Positions 41,201 through 49,128 are shown, numbered from the stretch's first letter. The stretch: DNA of 61,225 bases from a virus (IMGVR_UViG_3300043437_000207:1-61225); one strand, 5' to 3'. Made by a program: numbers and translations. The notes: generated by a model from the letters alone, not told the origin.

Positions 41201-44078
41201 CCCAGGATCTTCTACAGTTTCTAAAGATAGATTACAATCTTTAGTAATGGGAGGGCATAATCCTAGTATAGAAAACTTGGCTATTTTAATGCACATGCTG
41301 CAGTTAGAAAAACAATTTAAGGGAATGGATGAATTGGAAATGGCATTTAGTCCAGACACAGGTTTAATGGATACTACTCTTCAGATTAAGAAGAGGGATG
41401 ATGCATTTAAACTATTTGATGAAACATCTAAAATTGATTCTGATTTCTTAAAAAGACTAAGAAATAATTCTATTCTTTCTTCATTCTATAAGAGTGGTTT
41501 GATTATGGATCTTGTAGTTCCATTATTTCCATTGAGACTTAATGAAACTATCTCAAAGTTTGTTGAGAAAAAGATAGACCAAACTAGAGATATGATTGTT
41601 CAAAAGTTTGGGCCTGGGGTAAAAGGAAAAGAAAGATTTATTAACATGTACAACAATGCAGTAGTAAATTACATTTTTCAGAATACCAAGTCTAACTCTC
41701 TTGATAATGATGGAAACGCAGTTACCCTACCGGAATCAGTTCACAGCTTACCAATTAAAGAAGTAACAACAGGTCCTGCAGTATCATTTACAGATAAGGA
41801 TGTAAAAGTTAATTTAGAACAAGCTAGAAAAGATTTTGATGCTAGGATATTCTTGAGTTCAAATAATACTCCTGAAGGTAACAGAGCTAAAAACTTAGAT
41901 ACATTTGATGCTGGAGAAAATCCTTTCCCAACATTTCCAACTTATCTTAAGTTTGCAATAGAGAAAGAATATTTAACTACTGTTTACACTAAAGAATCTT
42001 TAGCTAAGAATAAAGACTTTCTTAAGCTTTCTTTCCAAGCAGGCTCAGAAGATTTGGGTTATGATAAATACATTACTCAAACAGCATTGATGAACAGTTA
42101 TAACCGTGCATTTATTATGGGTACTACTAAGTATTCATATACTACAATGGTTATGGATATAATTAATGAGTTTGAAGACCAAAACATCAAAGATAACTTT
42201 CCTGTACTAGCTCAATTGGCTCCAGCTAAATTTACAAAAGATGTAAATGTTTTAGAGTTGAATGATAAAGCTACAGCTAAAGGAACTGTTGCTGATGATT
42301 ATTATAAAAATCTTAGACAACTAGCAGATTATACTGTAAGAAAAGTGGTAAACTCCAATAAGGAAGTTCAGAAAATGGATAATAATAGAATCAGTGATGT
42401 TTTCAAAAACTTTTCTATGTTTATGTATTATCAACATGGAACTGGTTATTCTAAATTAGGGTTTGTTAAAGTCTTGGATCCGGAGAAGTTTACTAAAATT
42501 ATGCAAAATGCTGCAAACTCTTTCTTGAATAATGATTTGTCAGAAGAAACATTAGAAAGAATCTATAACAGATTGAATGCAAAGTCTCAGTTTAAAAACT
42601 ACATGATTGACCCAAGTAATTTAAATGAAGAAGAATCTGTAGAAGATTTCTTAAGTACTTTTTCTGAAGATGACTTTGGAGATATGTCTGACTTCTTAGA
42701 ACAAGGTCCTACTCAACCAGCTATTAATGTTGATGAGTTTGATGTAGCAGATAAATTAACACCTATAGAACAAAACTTTGCAGATGGTCAAGGTGGTAGA
42801 CAAATGCAACCACAATTTAAAGGTAAGTCTACTATGGATCTTATTATATCAGGAGATAGAACTAGAACTACTAGAGCTAATACTGACATACAAAGAATGG
42901 CTAAGGATTATAACTTATCTAAAATATCAGATCTTGTAGGTAAACTTATAAGAATGACTGATAAAACAGGAAGACAAGTATATACTAGAATTACTAAAGT
43001 TACTCCATTTACACAAGAATATCAAGATGCCACATGGCAAAAAGAAGGTTGGGTAAAATCTGTAACAGATAAACATGTTGGTAATTATCCATATGCTATA
43101 GAGTTTGAAGTAGTAAATAAACCTACTCAACTATCCACTCAAAATCAACCTACAGAAGGTATTCCAAAAGGTCAAGAAGTTGTACCAGGTGTCTATGTTA
43201 ATCAAGGAGCTTTGACTCAAGATGAACAAATGGAGTTATTTGATTATTTAAAACCATATCTTGAAGAACAAGCTGCTAAAACTAATAAAGGTCAGAATGC
43301 AAGTAAAATGATCGGTCTTGGTTTAAGATGGGATTATAAAAGCAATAATGTTGGAAGAGCTGCTATCAATATTCCTGATGTAATTAATCCAGGTAATAAA
43401 ACTAAGTATGGTTATTATAATGTGTCTATCAATGATCAACCTCTTGGACAGATTACACCAAGATTTAAAGAGCTTATGCAAAAAGCTACAGGAGTTGACA
43501 TGACAAATTATGATGGAGCTATTATTAATCTTTATGAAAATGACTCATTTATTTCTTCACATAATGATGTTGATGAAAGTAAATCCGCTATACAATATCC
43601 TGTAATTGGAATTAATATTGGTGGTAAAGGTAATTTCTCAATTGAAAGAATACCTGGAGCAGGTGAGTTGAGTTTAGAAGCTGGAACAGGTTATGTGTTT
43701 GGAGTTGATGGTGTAAATAGAGAAGTATGGCATAGAACATTCCCTACTAAACAAGATACATTCTTACCTGAACTTACTACTAGAATTGATGGTAAAACAT
43801 ATCCAGCTGGATCTTATAGGGTGACTATTACTATGAGAAGGGTAGAACCACTTCTTCCGGAGATGCCAATAGTACCTGCTATTAATGCTGAACAGTTACC
43901 AGTGGAAACAGTAGCTGCGGGCAGTACAGTTATAATTAGTGAATTTTATAATGATCTTACTGAAGAACACAAAAAAATATTAGGTAACTTAGAGGACTTA
44001 ATAGCTGAGTATGATGAAATACCATTTGACTATTCAGAAGAAAAATATATTGAAAGTTTAAAATGTAAATTATCATGA
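32298..44078 (+). CDS. Virion-packaged RNA polymerase polyprotein (zincin + two-barrel RNAP + ASCH-like + AlkB-like)
   Basis: RIPT...AGSDFDVDK catalytic motif (DFDVD at 39894-39908) of the crAss-like RNAP type; HEAWH...ELLAE zincin (34899-35050); MDLIISGDRTRTTR ASCH-like; HND...H...RVTITMR 2OG-Fe(II) motif. Confidence 0.88.
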   Translation: MISCPITQLPLENFYKYVFRAIKDRLGNDKTFDVNDFMEKLFEESVKKADPETAAKWLQSTPRVINLIITKSFSDKIPLVKGLENIYGLMADFSKPNGEGFQNVLKKYIKPVDTKDLKGEAAHQLSLEFSDEEEEGPEDEKKETNPRVEARLKTPVVMSGTLQSFVPVDPSRKTDTYSERLDKPRAQILTNLAILGDALSMQDPFDGEFTYQGKKVKVKATNLYTFAQQNFNDLDPTTQQEIKDSNFYTSTGRNKEGVTQSDKRVILVITDDAGQNLYFDTEGNLTTKGNGTLVYQFMRDVRQTSKGYTVTDIYGKEEQLMPIETYAQLTYDEKIDGDYPTYLEKVKDDREKELKRLFQIRESALGNDMMLEFSGLSAGVTSDLTATKLPLSDFLKIPGATKKDLKSIRTLKKAEGNFGEGRAVINLNGTDFQVNRSSMPDSVADQIAAVMFDPNIPFETKKDFYSQFIPEDSTTKLAYTMRKHEIIPDMVNQSFRIKLYDKVGDKYGFVTEPIFDFVISKAVLDKASREKLDAGIKTFSDTLKSGRANGKATYMSYKSDLLNDEEYLVYNSNTKQIEVANYIDFLSTLDGYVDLFDGDPGFYNKHLLFNEENKVEKEIKIASAAASQTFEEALEESIKLAEERKALENADKSPMEIEAQVIADRALSPEFRAQLAQQGMEGKYDTYYYAASLIQAINTNISQRYTREAAEQLRDIFAGARYINGKQINTVTDIINRAFPKAEGPLQREVEIIQKTVEPEMPDPTTINPSPKKGSLRSRAPKNDSLNREGYMADEIGEEDTAKVLDWWNNTALGKELQKHIELQHAFNLVNSDVFARFVVSGATLANPDIKGKIQINKGVGTLVDVYHEAWHGFSQLFLTRQEKYSLYDEVINYKDASGNQPYKSMDYKAVDELLAEDFRTYMKSNYIKKGSPIRNKLFRKIMNFIRSLFGKKAINPTEVITDVMNVPAVRELFEKLNYSSNKKSFVRSYKANMDNVDFMMLNRGISKLNRPSDSALSDQDSRLVSDTMDMIISDFVDDWYRERVEEAEETGNYNSLKSGTIGLLIDPDHRAFMYEVIKERLQDKLDEFKEKLHSQEGVTPFSEIKALESSDPNQKTIESEAVAVLRSNKGEDKYVFLKSQIDGFDNLDANMRRGTRVRGESWHGIKIVGDFYSHKSIKKGKKPVGIIVVSSLEDAQVQFDNYKAGGAEEYTDFEVKDVPDYMLSAEQEFMLDNVRILQAAVDNFGDPQWDIKGIEATGTIAYHLENSDFDLSKKKYELDFDMLDENGDEIDEDQENETHDSETPFGSSAGTKKSLMQLADKEVIYILKSLYKVDRNGNVAYNRLGFKERADFKKVWNIVTKAIGGIRDREKAYETLMAEAENFPEIAQLIETKFPDPRLITNTFEIDVSNSFWQTFAKPSVKYWQFTVFPQYEPGTNFLTGETENVLKGFEADVTQSSIEVDSTIRKFESIFKSSIANDYIEKNSDNQSTLKLDDVITAFENKKYPGQLDTSKAFEFAAALGMKLDALPVIKKNIEDRAEYFGLPYIYDIIKDFAGIQKSNKSTEQQLEYLNKFVSNPIGTLRGEIPKGILKSFKKEVAEKNILKRIAELQSQYGYDSANPGILLPDGNRVFENVNHSQVTVTVDAINNVENLSDFWSKPELGYMSHLRPGKSFFTLRSKIFGAMFDTAQGTFDRKGTRSLELLQTAGTQIAEMEGVNTSDLDKLGKFFQEFHTMSLNGIAEFIRHAEKKSAYGIKLLGGKMKVIVNGITNGVDQNLYIDISKFVTKPNEQISDGEIVAVGGYFLDYIAAEFDRIRYFKQNPQDLKNIKGYNREIKDKNDKLIGRAGEFFTAFDNILRDQTKKDLYALASDPLVDLPTHIRNNQGLYLKIQQDIADYFTEKTEAMYNDYFKDLPYVDNKVYEKAGIETKGDISDESKKAVLKSYLFNDWIHKFEMFNIFNGDLSQFNHDKQQASKRAPGSTSDGDGFVNDKYMHEFINKVFNKNTYAKKLAKETGLDLDKFVMNGTLNTGVIADAERKSVYLDEMLESWKEQYTAALTPLYTDKAALKKEIDRRLAKDAKAYKKMTESDGAAFMTFDAYRTLKKQGKSWTIPQETLYQQIVAGEQVDPLKVKEFFPIYKLHYYGSIANAPIATTGMHKFAVAPIIPTIAVKGTELYNLHVKMMKENLQYVAFGSGSKVATLTMTGDFDNIFGDETQKTVSADAPIRKNVIYLEYLKDVTKVASKLKKEISYPTQKRVLLLDGLFNVGDVINKANAEIANNYKANVKDYTETLALDLLNKIGYEYDPKTEKYVGKLDKFIELIRDELGAKEVPEHLIKLLDTTLSDQLSMDFSIHPEADMLEKVIVNRIQKSIIKQKTKGESMVQAPSTFYNGVWDSAYQRDEAIKNNDELIRKYLGSNNLPFYTRGKLNKDGTRQPTSAMKVAIPMNGDFLNILNLKHPDGELIGTTDRLNELIKNDEWLDKNRELITIVGPRIPTDAANSMEFAEVWHFLDASAGNTVIVPTEIVAKAGSDFDVDKIFFMLPNINSDGTLTKAPAENLEQLTKMVKESNSVSKKVRKEKGLPNPQALIDQYKKAAQNKLIKNTRDILSLPDNYASLTKPNNTYLVEDEVEFYDKYSRGYNNKKNAHGESVRINGDKEVMSPSRSLDNDYNLSQHEAMLSGNMPLGIMAKKNKVHALFKSVGAIMPLSYNATVWNDETKKYDEIPAQYDVVIRMRHNKTMFNENISLSNQNNVDGEKIGDIFSHGLQGLLDRANNPFPFKLQIVKEALGTINHLIEAGVSVPEVFAFINNPWIVDYIQKQMYYGGSMAKLQEAPVPSHQVKSTAFRETVASLVSAGGEEMKKIVKQVANYANDRRMMDIADMLKQKDQDKVYIIKTKDAEGEEVLKKATGKRIFHSNDFPVDQIIELKEFEENTDYDSLKTLFKRSGGIANNDNFYYASEALWNRAFPGSSTVSKDRLQSLVMGGHNPSIENLAILMHMLQLEKQFKGMDELEMAFSPDTGLMDTTLQIKKRDDAFKLFDETSKIDSDFLKRLRNNSILSSFYKSGLIMDLVVPLFPLRLNETISKFVEKKIDQTRDMIVQKFGPGVKGKERFINMYNNAVVNYIFQNTKSNSLDNDGNAVTLPESVHSLPIKEVTTGPAVSFTDKDVKVNLEQARKDFDARIFLSSNNTPEGNRAKNLDTFDAGENPFPTFPTYLKFAIEKEYLTTVYTKESLAKNKDFLKLSFQAGSEDLGYDKYITQTALMNSYNRAFIMGTTKYSYTTMVMDIINEFEDQNIKDNFPVLAQLAPAKFTKDVNVLELNDKATAKGTVADDYYKNLRQLADYTVRKVVNSNKEVQKMDNNRISDVFKNFSMFMYYQHGTGYSKLGFVKVLDPEKFTKIMQNAANSFLNNDLSEETLERIYNRLNAKSQFKNYMIDPSNLNEEESVEDFLSTFSEDDFGDMSDFLEQGPTQPAINVDEFDVADKLTPIEQNFADGQGGRQMQPQFKGKSTMDLIISGDRTRTTRANTDIQRMAKDYNLSKISDLVGKLIRMTDKTGRQVYTRITKVTPFTQEYQDATWQKEGWVKSVTDKHVGNYPYAIEFEVVNKPTQLSTQNQPTEGIPKGQEVVPGVYVNQGALTQDEQMELFDYLKPYLEEQAAKTNKGQNASKMIGLGLRWDYKSNNVGRAAINIPDVINPGNKTKYGYYNVSINDQPLGQITPRFKELMQKATGVDMTNYDGAIINLYENDSFISSHNDVDESKSAIQYPVIGINIGGKGNFSIERIPGAGELSLEAGTGYVFGVDGVNREVWHRTFPTKQDTFLPELTTRIDGKTYPAGSYRVTITMRRVEPLLPEMPIVPAINAEQLPVETVAAGSTVIISEFYNDLTEEHKKILGNLEDLIAEYDEIPFDYSEEKYIESLKCKLS

Positions 44079-44998
44079 GTTGTATAAACAAAGCAGATAA
44101 AGGTTATAAGGCTTTGCAGAGTGTCTATGGTGACGCTCTGGCAGAGGCTTTTGTCCGTGGGTATCCTACAAATACTGGAAGGTCAGAAGACTCAACATTT
44201 GATATTCCTACTAAGCAAGAAGTTAAAGACTGGCTTACTGAGAAAAAGAAAAACATTCCTAGTTTTATTAAGAGAGCAATGGAGCTTAATCCATACATGT
44301 CAGAGACAGCACTTAAAAGTATGTTGAAAGGTGTTATAAGTAAATACCAAGATGCCTACTTTATTACCACTGGTTTTATAAATTCAAGGTTACCATCTAT
44401 AAATGTTGAAGCTTTAGAAATTATATATAAGCCAAACAAAAAGGTAATGCAAATGTTACAAGAGGCTTATCCTGATATTTTTAAATTGCGTGAAACAAGA
44501 GATCCAAACTCAATAATAGTAGAGATCACTCCTAGAGTTAAATCTGAGACTGATGATCTTTTTGAGGATATTGAAGAAGAGATGTCTAGTGCTGATGAAA
44601 TAGATTTGGAAGATAGTTTGCGCACCTATCAGTCTATAGTAGAGACAAATAGAGGACGTAAACCTGTAGAGTTTATGGCAGGCACTTTAAAATGGCAGTT
44701 AAACAAAAATGGTTTATACAATTTAGTAGATAAGTATAACAATGATGTTTACTTTAGAAACATGGATTTAGAAACTGGAGAAATGGTTCCAGAAGGAGAT
44801 CCTGGTGTGCCTCTTGATGAAGCAAAAAGAGATAGAATTTTCAGAGCAGTATTGCAAATGATTAAAGAACAAAGATTTGATGAGTATCTTGCTGTAAAAG
44901 GTATTGATACTGCAGATATCTATGAGTCTTTAAGAGATGCAAAAACTGATAAAGATTTAAATAAAGTTATAGAAACCTTATTGAAAGCAATATGTTAA
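44075..44998 (+). CDS. Virion-associated protein of the RNAP/ejection cluster
   Basis: 307 aa, overlaps both neighbours; starts MSCINK and ends KAIC. Confidence 0.6.
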   Translation: MSCINKADKGYKALQSVYGDALAEAFVRGYPTNTGRSEDSTFDIPTKQEVKDWLTEKKKNIPSFIKRAMELNPYMSETALKSMLKGVISKYQDAYFITTGFINSRLPSINVEALEIIYKPNKKVMQMLQEAYPDIFKLRETRDPNSIIVEITPRVKSETDDLFEDIEEEMSSADEIDLEDSLRTYQSIVETNRGRKPVEFMAGTLKWQLNKNGLYNLVDKYNNDVYFRNMDLETGEMVPEGDPGVPLDEAKRDRIFRAVLQMIKEQRFDEYLAVKGIDTADIYESLRDAKTDKDLNKVIETLLKAIC

Positions 44999-47900
44999 GT
45001 TGTCCAAGAAAAACAAGTAGAGAATGGCAAGATGTTCTTGCAAGAGCTCATGGTAATGAAGATGAAGCAATGAGAATTTGGATTGAAGAAGAGTATGAAT
45101 TCAATCCAGATTTAAATGTTGTAGTTAAAGAAGAGAACTATGAGGATGAACGTCAAGGAGTGCCTGGCCAAGAAGAGCTGGAGAATGATGATTTTTCTGG
45201 ATTAGTACAAAGAATCAAAGTTTACATCAACAAACAAATTGAGATCTTAAACAGTAAGAAGATTGCAAATGTAAAGTACAAGCAAAGTAAGTTAAAAGAA
45301 TTACTTACTGCTGTGGAAACTATGGATGGTGTAGCTTCAATTGGAATGTTTGTCAAGGATGCCTATGATAAAGCTAAACAAGTAGAGATTAGATTTGGTA
45401 AGCTATTAGCTAATAAAAAGAACATGACTTCTAAAGAGATCATGATTGAGCTGACTGGTATCAATGACTTTGCAAATAGCTATTCTATCTTAGATGAAAT
45501 TGACTCAGCTGATATGATGGACTATTTTACAACAGGAGCTGGAGTAGAAGATACATATGGCCCAATGACACCACAAAAGATGTTAACGGACGCTATTAAA
45601 ATCAGAGACAAGGTGAAGAAAAAAGTAGTCACTGAAGCTATTCCTCTTATGGCAGAGTATTTAGTGGAGTATAAGTCTACCCTACAAGACAAAACCATTC
45701 CTGAAGCAATTGCAAGATTACAACAAGAGATAAAAGACATTGAAGCTAATACAAAAATGTCTGATAAGACCAAAGCATCTGAAATAAAAAAGAAGCAAGA
45801 CTCACTTAAACTTTGGGAAGGATTTGATGTTGACCAAGGGTCAATGGAGAAGATTCTTAAGATGGCCAATAGGGATGAAGGAGTTCTTGACTTTTTGCTT
45901 TCACCTCTTATTACATCTTCTGATAGTGCTATGGCTTTATTTGCTAAGTCTGTTAAGAGTCAGTTAGAATTTGCTAGACAAAAGGATATCAAAGTCAGAG
46001 ACAGACTGGTTGATGCATTTCAGAAGTATAGAAAGACAGCTCCGGCTTCTTCAGATAACACAGCTAAATTCAATGAAGGAATTTATGATGAAGTTGAGAT
46101 ACCTATATATGATAAAGACGGTAGTATTTCCGGAAGCAGAAAAGAAGTACAGTTTGTTCAGAAGTTTGACATGAGTAAGTTTAACAAAGTAAAAAGAGAA
46201 TTCTTTGAAAAGTTGGGCCCATTGCCACAGAAAGTTGGAGAAAAAGCTACTAAGGAAGAAGCAGCTAAAATCAAGGCTTGGTGGGAGGCCCGCAATAAAT
46301 GGTATATAGATAATACACAAGCAAGACCAAAAGAAGAAAGAGATAAGATCATTCTCCAGATGCAAAAGGATAGAGACAACAAAATTATTAGTGAGGATGA
46401 TTACAATAAATGGCAAAGAAAAAATGTAAATGAGTATAAAGGTGTAGTAAATTACTTTGATGATCTTGCAACTCCATCTAATAAATATAAGAGTGATAAG
46501 TGGGATGCCATGTATGACTCTAATGATGTTGCAAAGAATGAGAAAGGTAGATATCATGCTGAGTTACTTAAGATTTATTTTGAAGCTCAAGCTAAACTTC
46601 CTGAATCACAGCAAAAAGAATTCAGAGTTCCTTCTGTTTCTAAGTCTGATCTAGAAAGAATAATGCAAAACGGTCTTAAAGACTTTGCTAAAACAAATGT
46701 AAGTGAAGCTGTCAAAATGCAATCATGGGATACAGAGTTTAAATTAGGTTCATTATCTGAGGAAGATGTAAAGTTCTTACCTATTTATTATACACAGAAG
46801 ATGGATGCTAAAGATGTTACACTAGATTTTGCAATGTCTGTTCTTGTCTTTAGTGCTATGGCCAATAAGTATGAAGCTTTGAATAATATAAATGCTGAAA
46901 CATCTCTTATGAAAACTATTGTTGGTGCCCGTAAAGTTCCAGAAACAAATAGTAAAGGTCAAGGTATACTAGATGCATTTGCAAAGAAGTATGGTTATGA
47001 AGAGTACATCCGTCAGAATGGTGAGAGTTATTCTAAAAAACATCTTGATGCATTTATAGACATGGTTATTTATGGTGAGATGCAAAAAGCTGAGGAGATC
47101 TTTGGTGGATTATCACTTACTAAAATTACCAATACTGCTATGAGTTACTCAGCAATTACTACAATTGCAGCTGATTTACTTAAAGGTGTGGCCAATAACT
47201 TACAAGGTAATATCCAAATAATGATTGAAGCTGTAGGTGGACAGTTCTTCAACCGTAAAAATCTAAGAAGAGGTAAAGCATTTCTTGCTAAAAACTTACC
47301 GGGAATCTTAAGTGATTTTGGAAAACCTGCCCCTACTAGCCTAGCAGGAAAGTTAGTAGAAAAATATGATCCAATGCAAGGTAACTTCAAAGATAACTAT
47401 GGTAAGAAAGTAAGTATGAGTATGGCAAATAAATTATTCCGTACAGATACTCTTTTCTTTAACCAACACTTTGGTGAATATGAAATCCAGGTATCAACCA
47501 TGTTTGCATTATTTGATTCTATTAAAGTTTTAGATAAAGCTACAGGAGAAGAAATAACATTACTACAAGCATATAATACCTATGGTGCAGATGAGGCACA
47601 CAGCAAAATAAAAATTGCAAAGACTAATAGCAAGGGTGAAGCAGAACTAGATCAAGATGGTAAACCTTTGTATGTTCCTTTTGGGGAAACACAAAGACAA
47701 GATATACAAGCTAGACTTCATGGGTTAAACAAGTATATGCATGGTGTTTATAATGATTTTGATAAAGGTACAATTCAGAAACATTCTCTTGGCCGCCTAG
47801 CATTAATGTGGAGAAAACATGTTGCTCCAGGTTATAAGAGAAGATTCAAACGTGTATCTATGGATCATGAAATTGGTACACCAACTGAAGGATACTATAG

Positions 47901-48423
47901 AACATTTGGAGATACTATGATGTCTGATATTAGACAGTATAAATTCAATGTAATTAAAAACTGGTCAACATATACACCCTATCAGAAAGCACAAATAAGT
48001 AAAGTACTTGCTGAGTTAAGTATTATTATGGCTTTGTCTACTCTAGCATTTATACTGACCAATATATTAGTAGATCCAGATGATGATGAAAGAGAAGCAA
48101 TCCAAGATAATTATCTTTATAACTTCTTATTGTATGAGACACTCAGAATGAGATCTGAAACTGCATCATATATTAATCCTATTGATGCTGTCAGAGTATT
48201 AAGATCTCCATCAGCTATGACAAGTACATTTGATAGAATAATTAAATTTGGAAATCAGGTTATGCCTTGGAACATTACTGAAGAGTATGAACGCAAGACA
48301 GGTATATGGGAAAAAGGAGATAACAAAGCTTGGGCAGCATTCTTAAAATTAATGGGATTCTCTGGATACAATACTAATCCGGAACAAGCATGGAAATCAT
48401 TTGAATCAACATTCTTTAAATAA
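44992..48423 (+). CDS. Large helical ejection protein with a C-terminal transmembrane-like segment
   Basis: 1143 aa. Hydrophobic LAELSIIMALSTLAFILTNILV followed by an acidic DPDDDE; last gene of the giant cluster; starts MLSCP. Confidence 0.65.
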   Translation: MLSCPRKTSREWQDVLARAHGNEDEAMRIWIEEEYEFNPDLNVVVKEENYEDERQGVPGQEELENDDFSGLVQRIKVYINKQIEILNSKKIANVKYKQSKLKELLTAVETMDGVASIGMFVKDAYDKAKQVEIRFGKLLANKKNMTSKEIMIELTGINDFANSYSILDEIDSADMMDYFTTGAGVEDTYGPMTPQKMLTDAIKIRDKVKKKVVTEAIPLMAEYLVEYKSTLQDKTIPEAIARLQQEIKDIEANTKMSDKTKASEIKKKQDSLKLWEGFDVDQGSMEKILKMANRDEGVLDFLLSPLITSSDSAMALFAKSVKSQLEFARQKDIKVRDRLVDAFQKYRKTAPASSDNTAKFNEGIYDEVEIPIYDKDGSISGSRKEVQFVQKFDMSKFNKVKREFFEKLGPLPQKVGEKATKEEAAKIKAWWEARNKWYIDNTQARPKEERDKIILQMQKDRDNKIISEDDYNKWQRKNVNEYKGVVNYFDDLATPSNKYKSDKWDAMYDSNDVAKNEKGRYHAELLKIYFEAQAKLPESQQKEFRVPSVSKSDLERIMQNGLKDFAKTNVSEAVKMQSWDTEFKLGSLSEEDVKFLPIYYTQKMDAKDVTLDFAMSVLVFSAMANKYEALNNINAETSLMKTIVGARKVPETNSKGQGILDAFAKKYGYEEYIRQNGESYSKKHLDAFIDMVIYGEMQKAEEIFGGLSLTKITNTAMSYSAITTIAADLLKGVANNLQGNIQIMIEAVGGQFFNRKNLRRGKAFLAKNLPGILSDFGKPAPTSLAGKLVEKYDPMQGNFKDNYGKKVSMSMANKLFRTDTLFFNQHFGEYEIQVSTMFALFDSIKVLDKATGEEITLLQAYNTYGADEAHSKIKIAKTNSKGEAELDQDGKPLYVPFGETQRQDIQARLHGLNKYMHGVYNDFDKGTIQKHSLGRLALMWRKHVAPGYKRRFKRVSMDHEIGTPTEGYYRTFGDTMMSDIRQYKFNVIKNWSTYTPYQKAQISKVLAELSIIMALSTLAFILTNILVDPDDDEREAIQDNYLYNFLLYETLRMRSETASYINPIDAVRVLRSPSAMTSTFDRIIKFGNQVMPWNITEEYERKTGIWEKGDNKAWAAFLKLMGFSGYNTNPEQAWKSFESTFFK

Positions 48424-48430
48424 AATAACA

Positions 48431-48571
48431 ATGGCAAAAGTAGGAACAGCAACAGTAAGAGCATACACCGCAGTAAAAAAATCACGTCCGGGAGTACATG
48501 CAAAAACAAAATCTTCTAAGATGAAGAAATCTAAACACTACACTAAGTCTTATAGAGGACAAGGAAGGTAG
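48431..48571 (+). CDS. Small highly basic protein ending in YRGQGR (not in the ORF track)
   Basis: ATG 48431 to TAG 48571 gives MAKVGTATVRAYTAVKKSRPGVHAKTKSSKMKKSKHYTKSYRGQGR (46 aa, 14 K/R, no D/E), with an A-rich start context. Confidence 0.8.
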   Translation: MAKVGTATVRAYTAVKKSRPGVHAKTKSSKMKKSKHYTKSYRGQGR

Positions 48572-48579
48572 TTAGACAG

Positions 48580-48606
48580 AAAAAAAAGGGGACCATTACA
48601 GTCCCC
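48580..48606 (-). terminator. Rho-independent terminator at the convergence of the two gene blocks
   Basis: Minus strand GGGGAC-TGTAATG-GTCCCC followed by T8; overlaps the stop of 48596..48949. Confidence 0.75.
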
Positions 48607-48949
48607 CTATTTCTATATCCATCAATTGACAGAATAATCTTTTTGTCTCAGCTTCTACAGCTTCTTTTGGCCATTTTTCTTCTGTATCATCCCAGTGTTT
48701 AGTATCAAAACCAAATACCCAATAATTACGTAGTATATCTGGATGATCTACAAATAGGCCAGGAACATCATTCATTTCTGAATAGGTTAATCCACCATGA
48801 ACATCTATATCATCAACATTATTATAATCTACTCCCCATAAAGGATGAGAAGGGGGAACAGCTACATAACCATTCCCCCATCCATTTGGTAATCTTTGAT
48901 TTAGTTTTACTGATTTAAACTCAAATCCTTTAACTACAAACCATTTCAT
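48596..48949 (-). CDS. Conserved phage hypothetical protein (VHGGLTY family)
   Basis: GWGNGYV...HP...VHGGLTY...WVFGFDT-H pattern recurrent in phage proteins. Confidence 0.7.
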   Translation of the reverse strand: MKWFVVKGFEFKSVKLNQRLPNGWGNGYVAVPPSHPLWGVDYNNVDDIDVHGGLTYSEMNDVPGLFVDHPDILRNYWVFGFDTKHWDDTEEKWPKEAVEAETKRLFCQLMDIEIGGL

Positions 48950-49128
48950 TCTTCATCATCTTCTTCACAACAATCACATTTGTTTTCTGCTAAGTCTAGT
49001 ATTCCAAACTCATCATCATAATAATCAACAGCTTCTCTTTTAGTAGGCATAATACCTCCACCATTTGTAACTGCTGCTCCTGCAATATATGCTTTGATAA
49101 TTGCTTTTCTAATTGCTATTGGGTGCAT
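48946..49128 (-). CDS. Hypothetical protein
   Basis: 60 aa, ATGA-coupled to the downstream gene; fits the operon. Confidence 0.55.
   Translation of the reverse strand: MHPIAIRKAIIKAYIAGAAVTNGGGIMPTKREAVDYYDDEFGILDLAENKCDCCEEDDEE

Noticed and set aside
2423-48509. Numerous 60-170 aa antisense or alternate-frame ORFs within the long + strand genes (e.g. 26089..26541, 39566..40021, 46051..46557, 48255..48509)
   Set aside because: Fully nested shadows of long genes, with no motifs and compositions expected from antisense reading.
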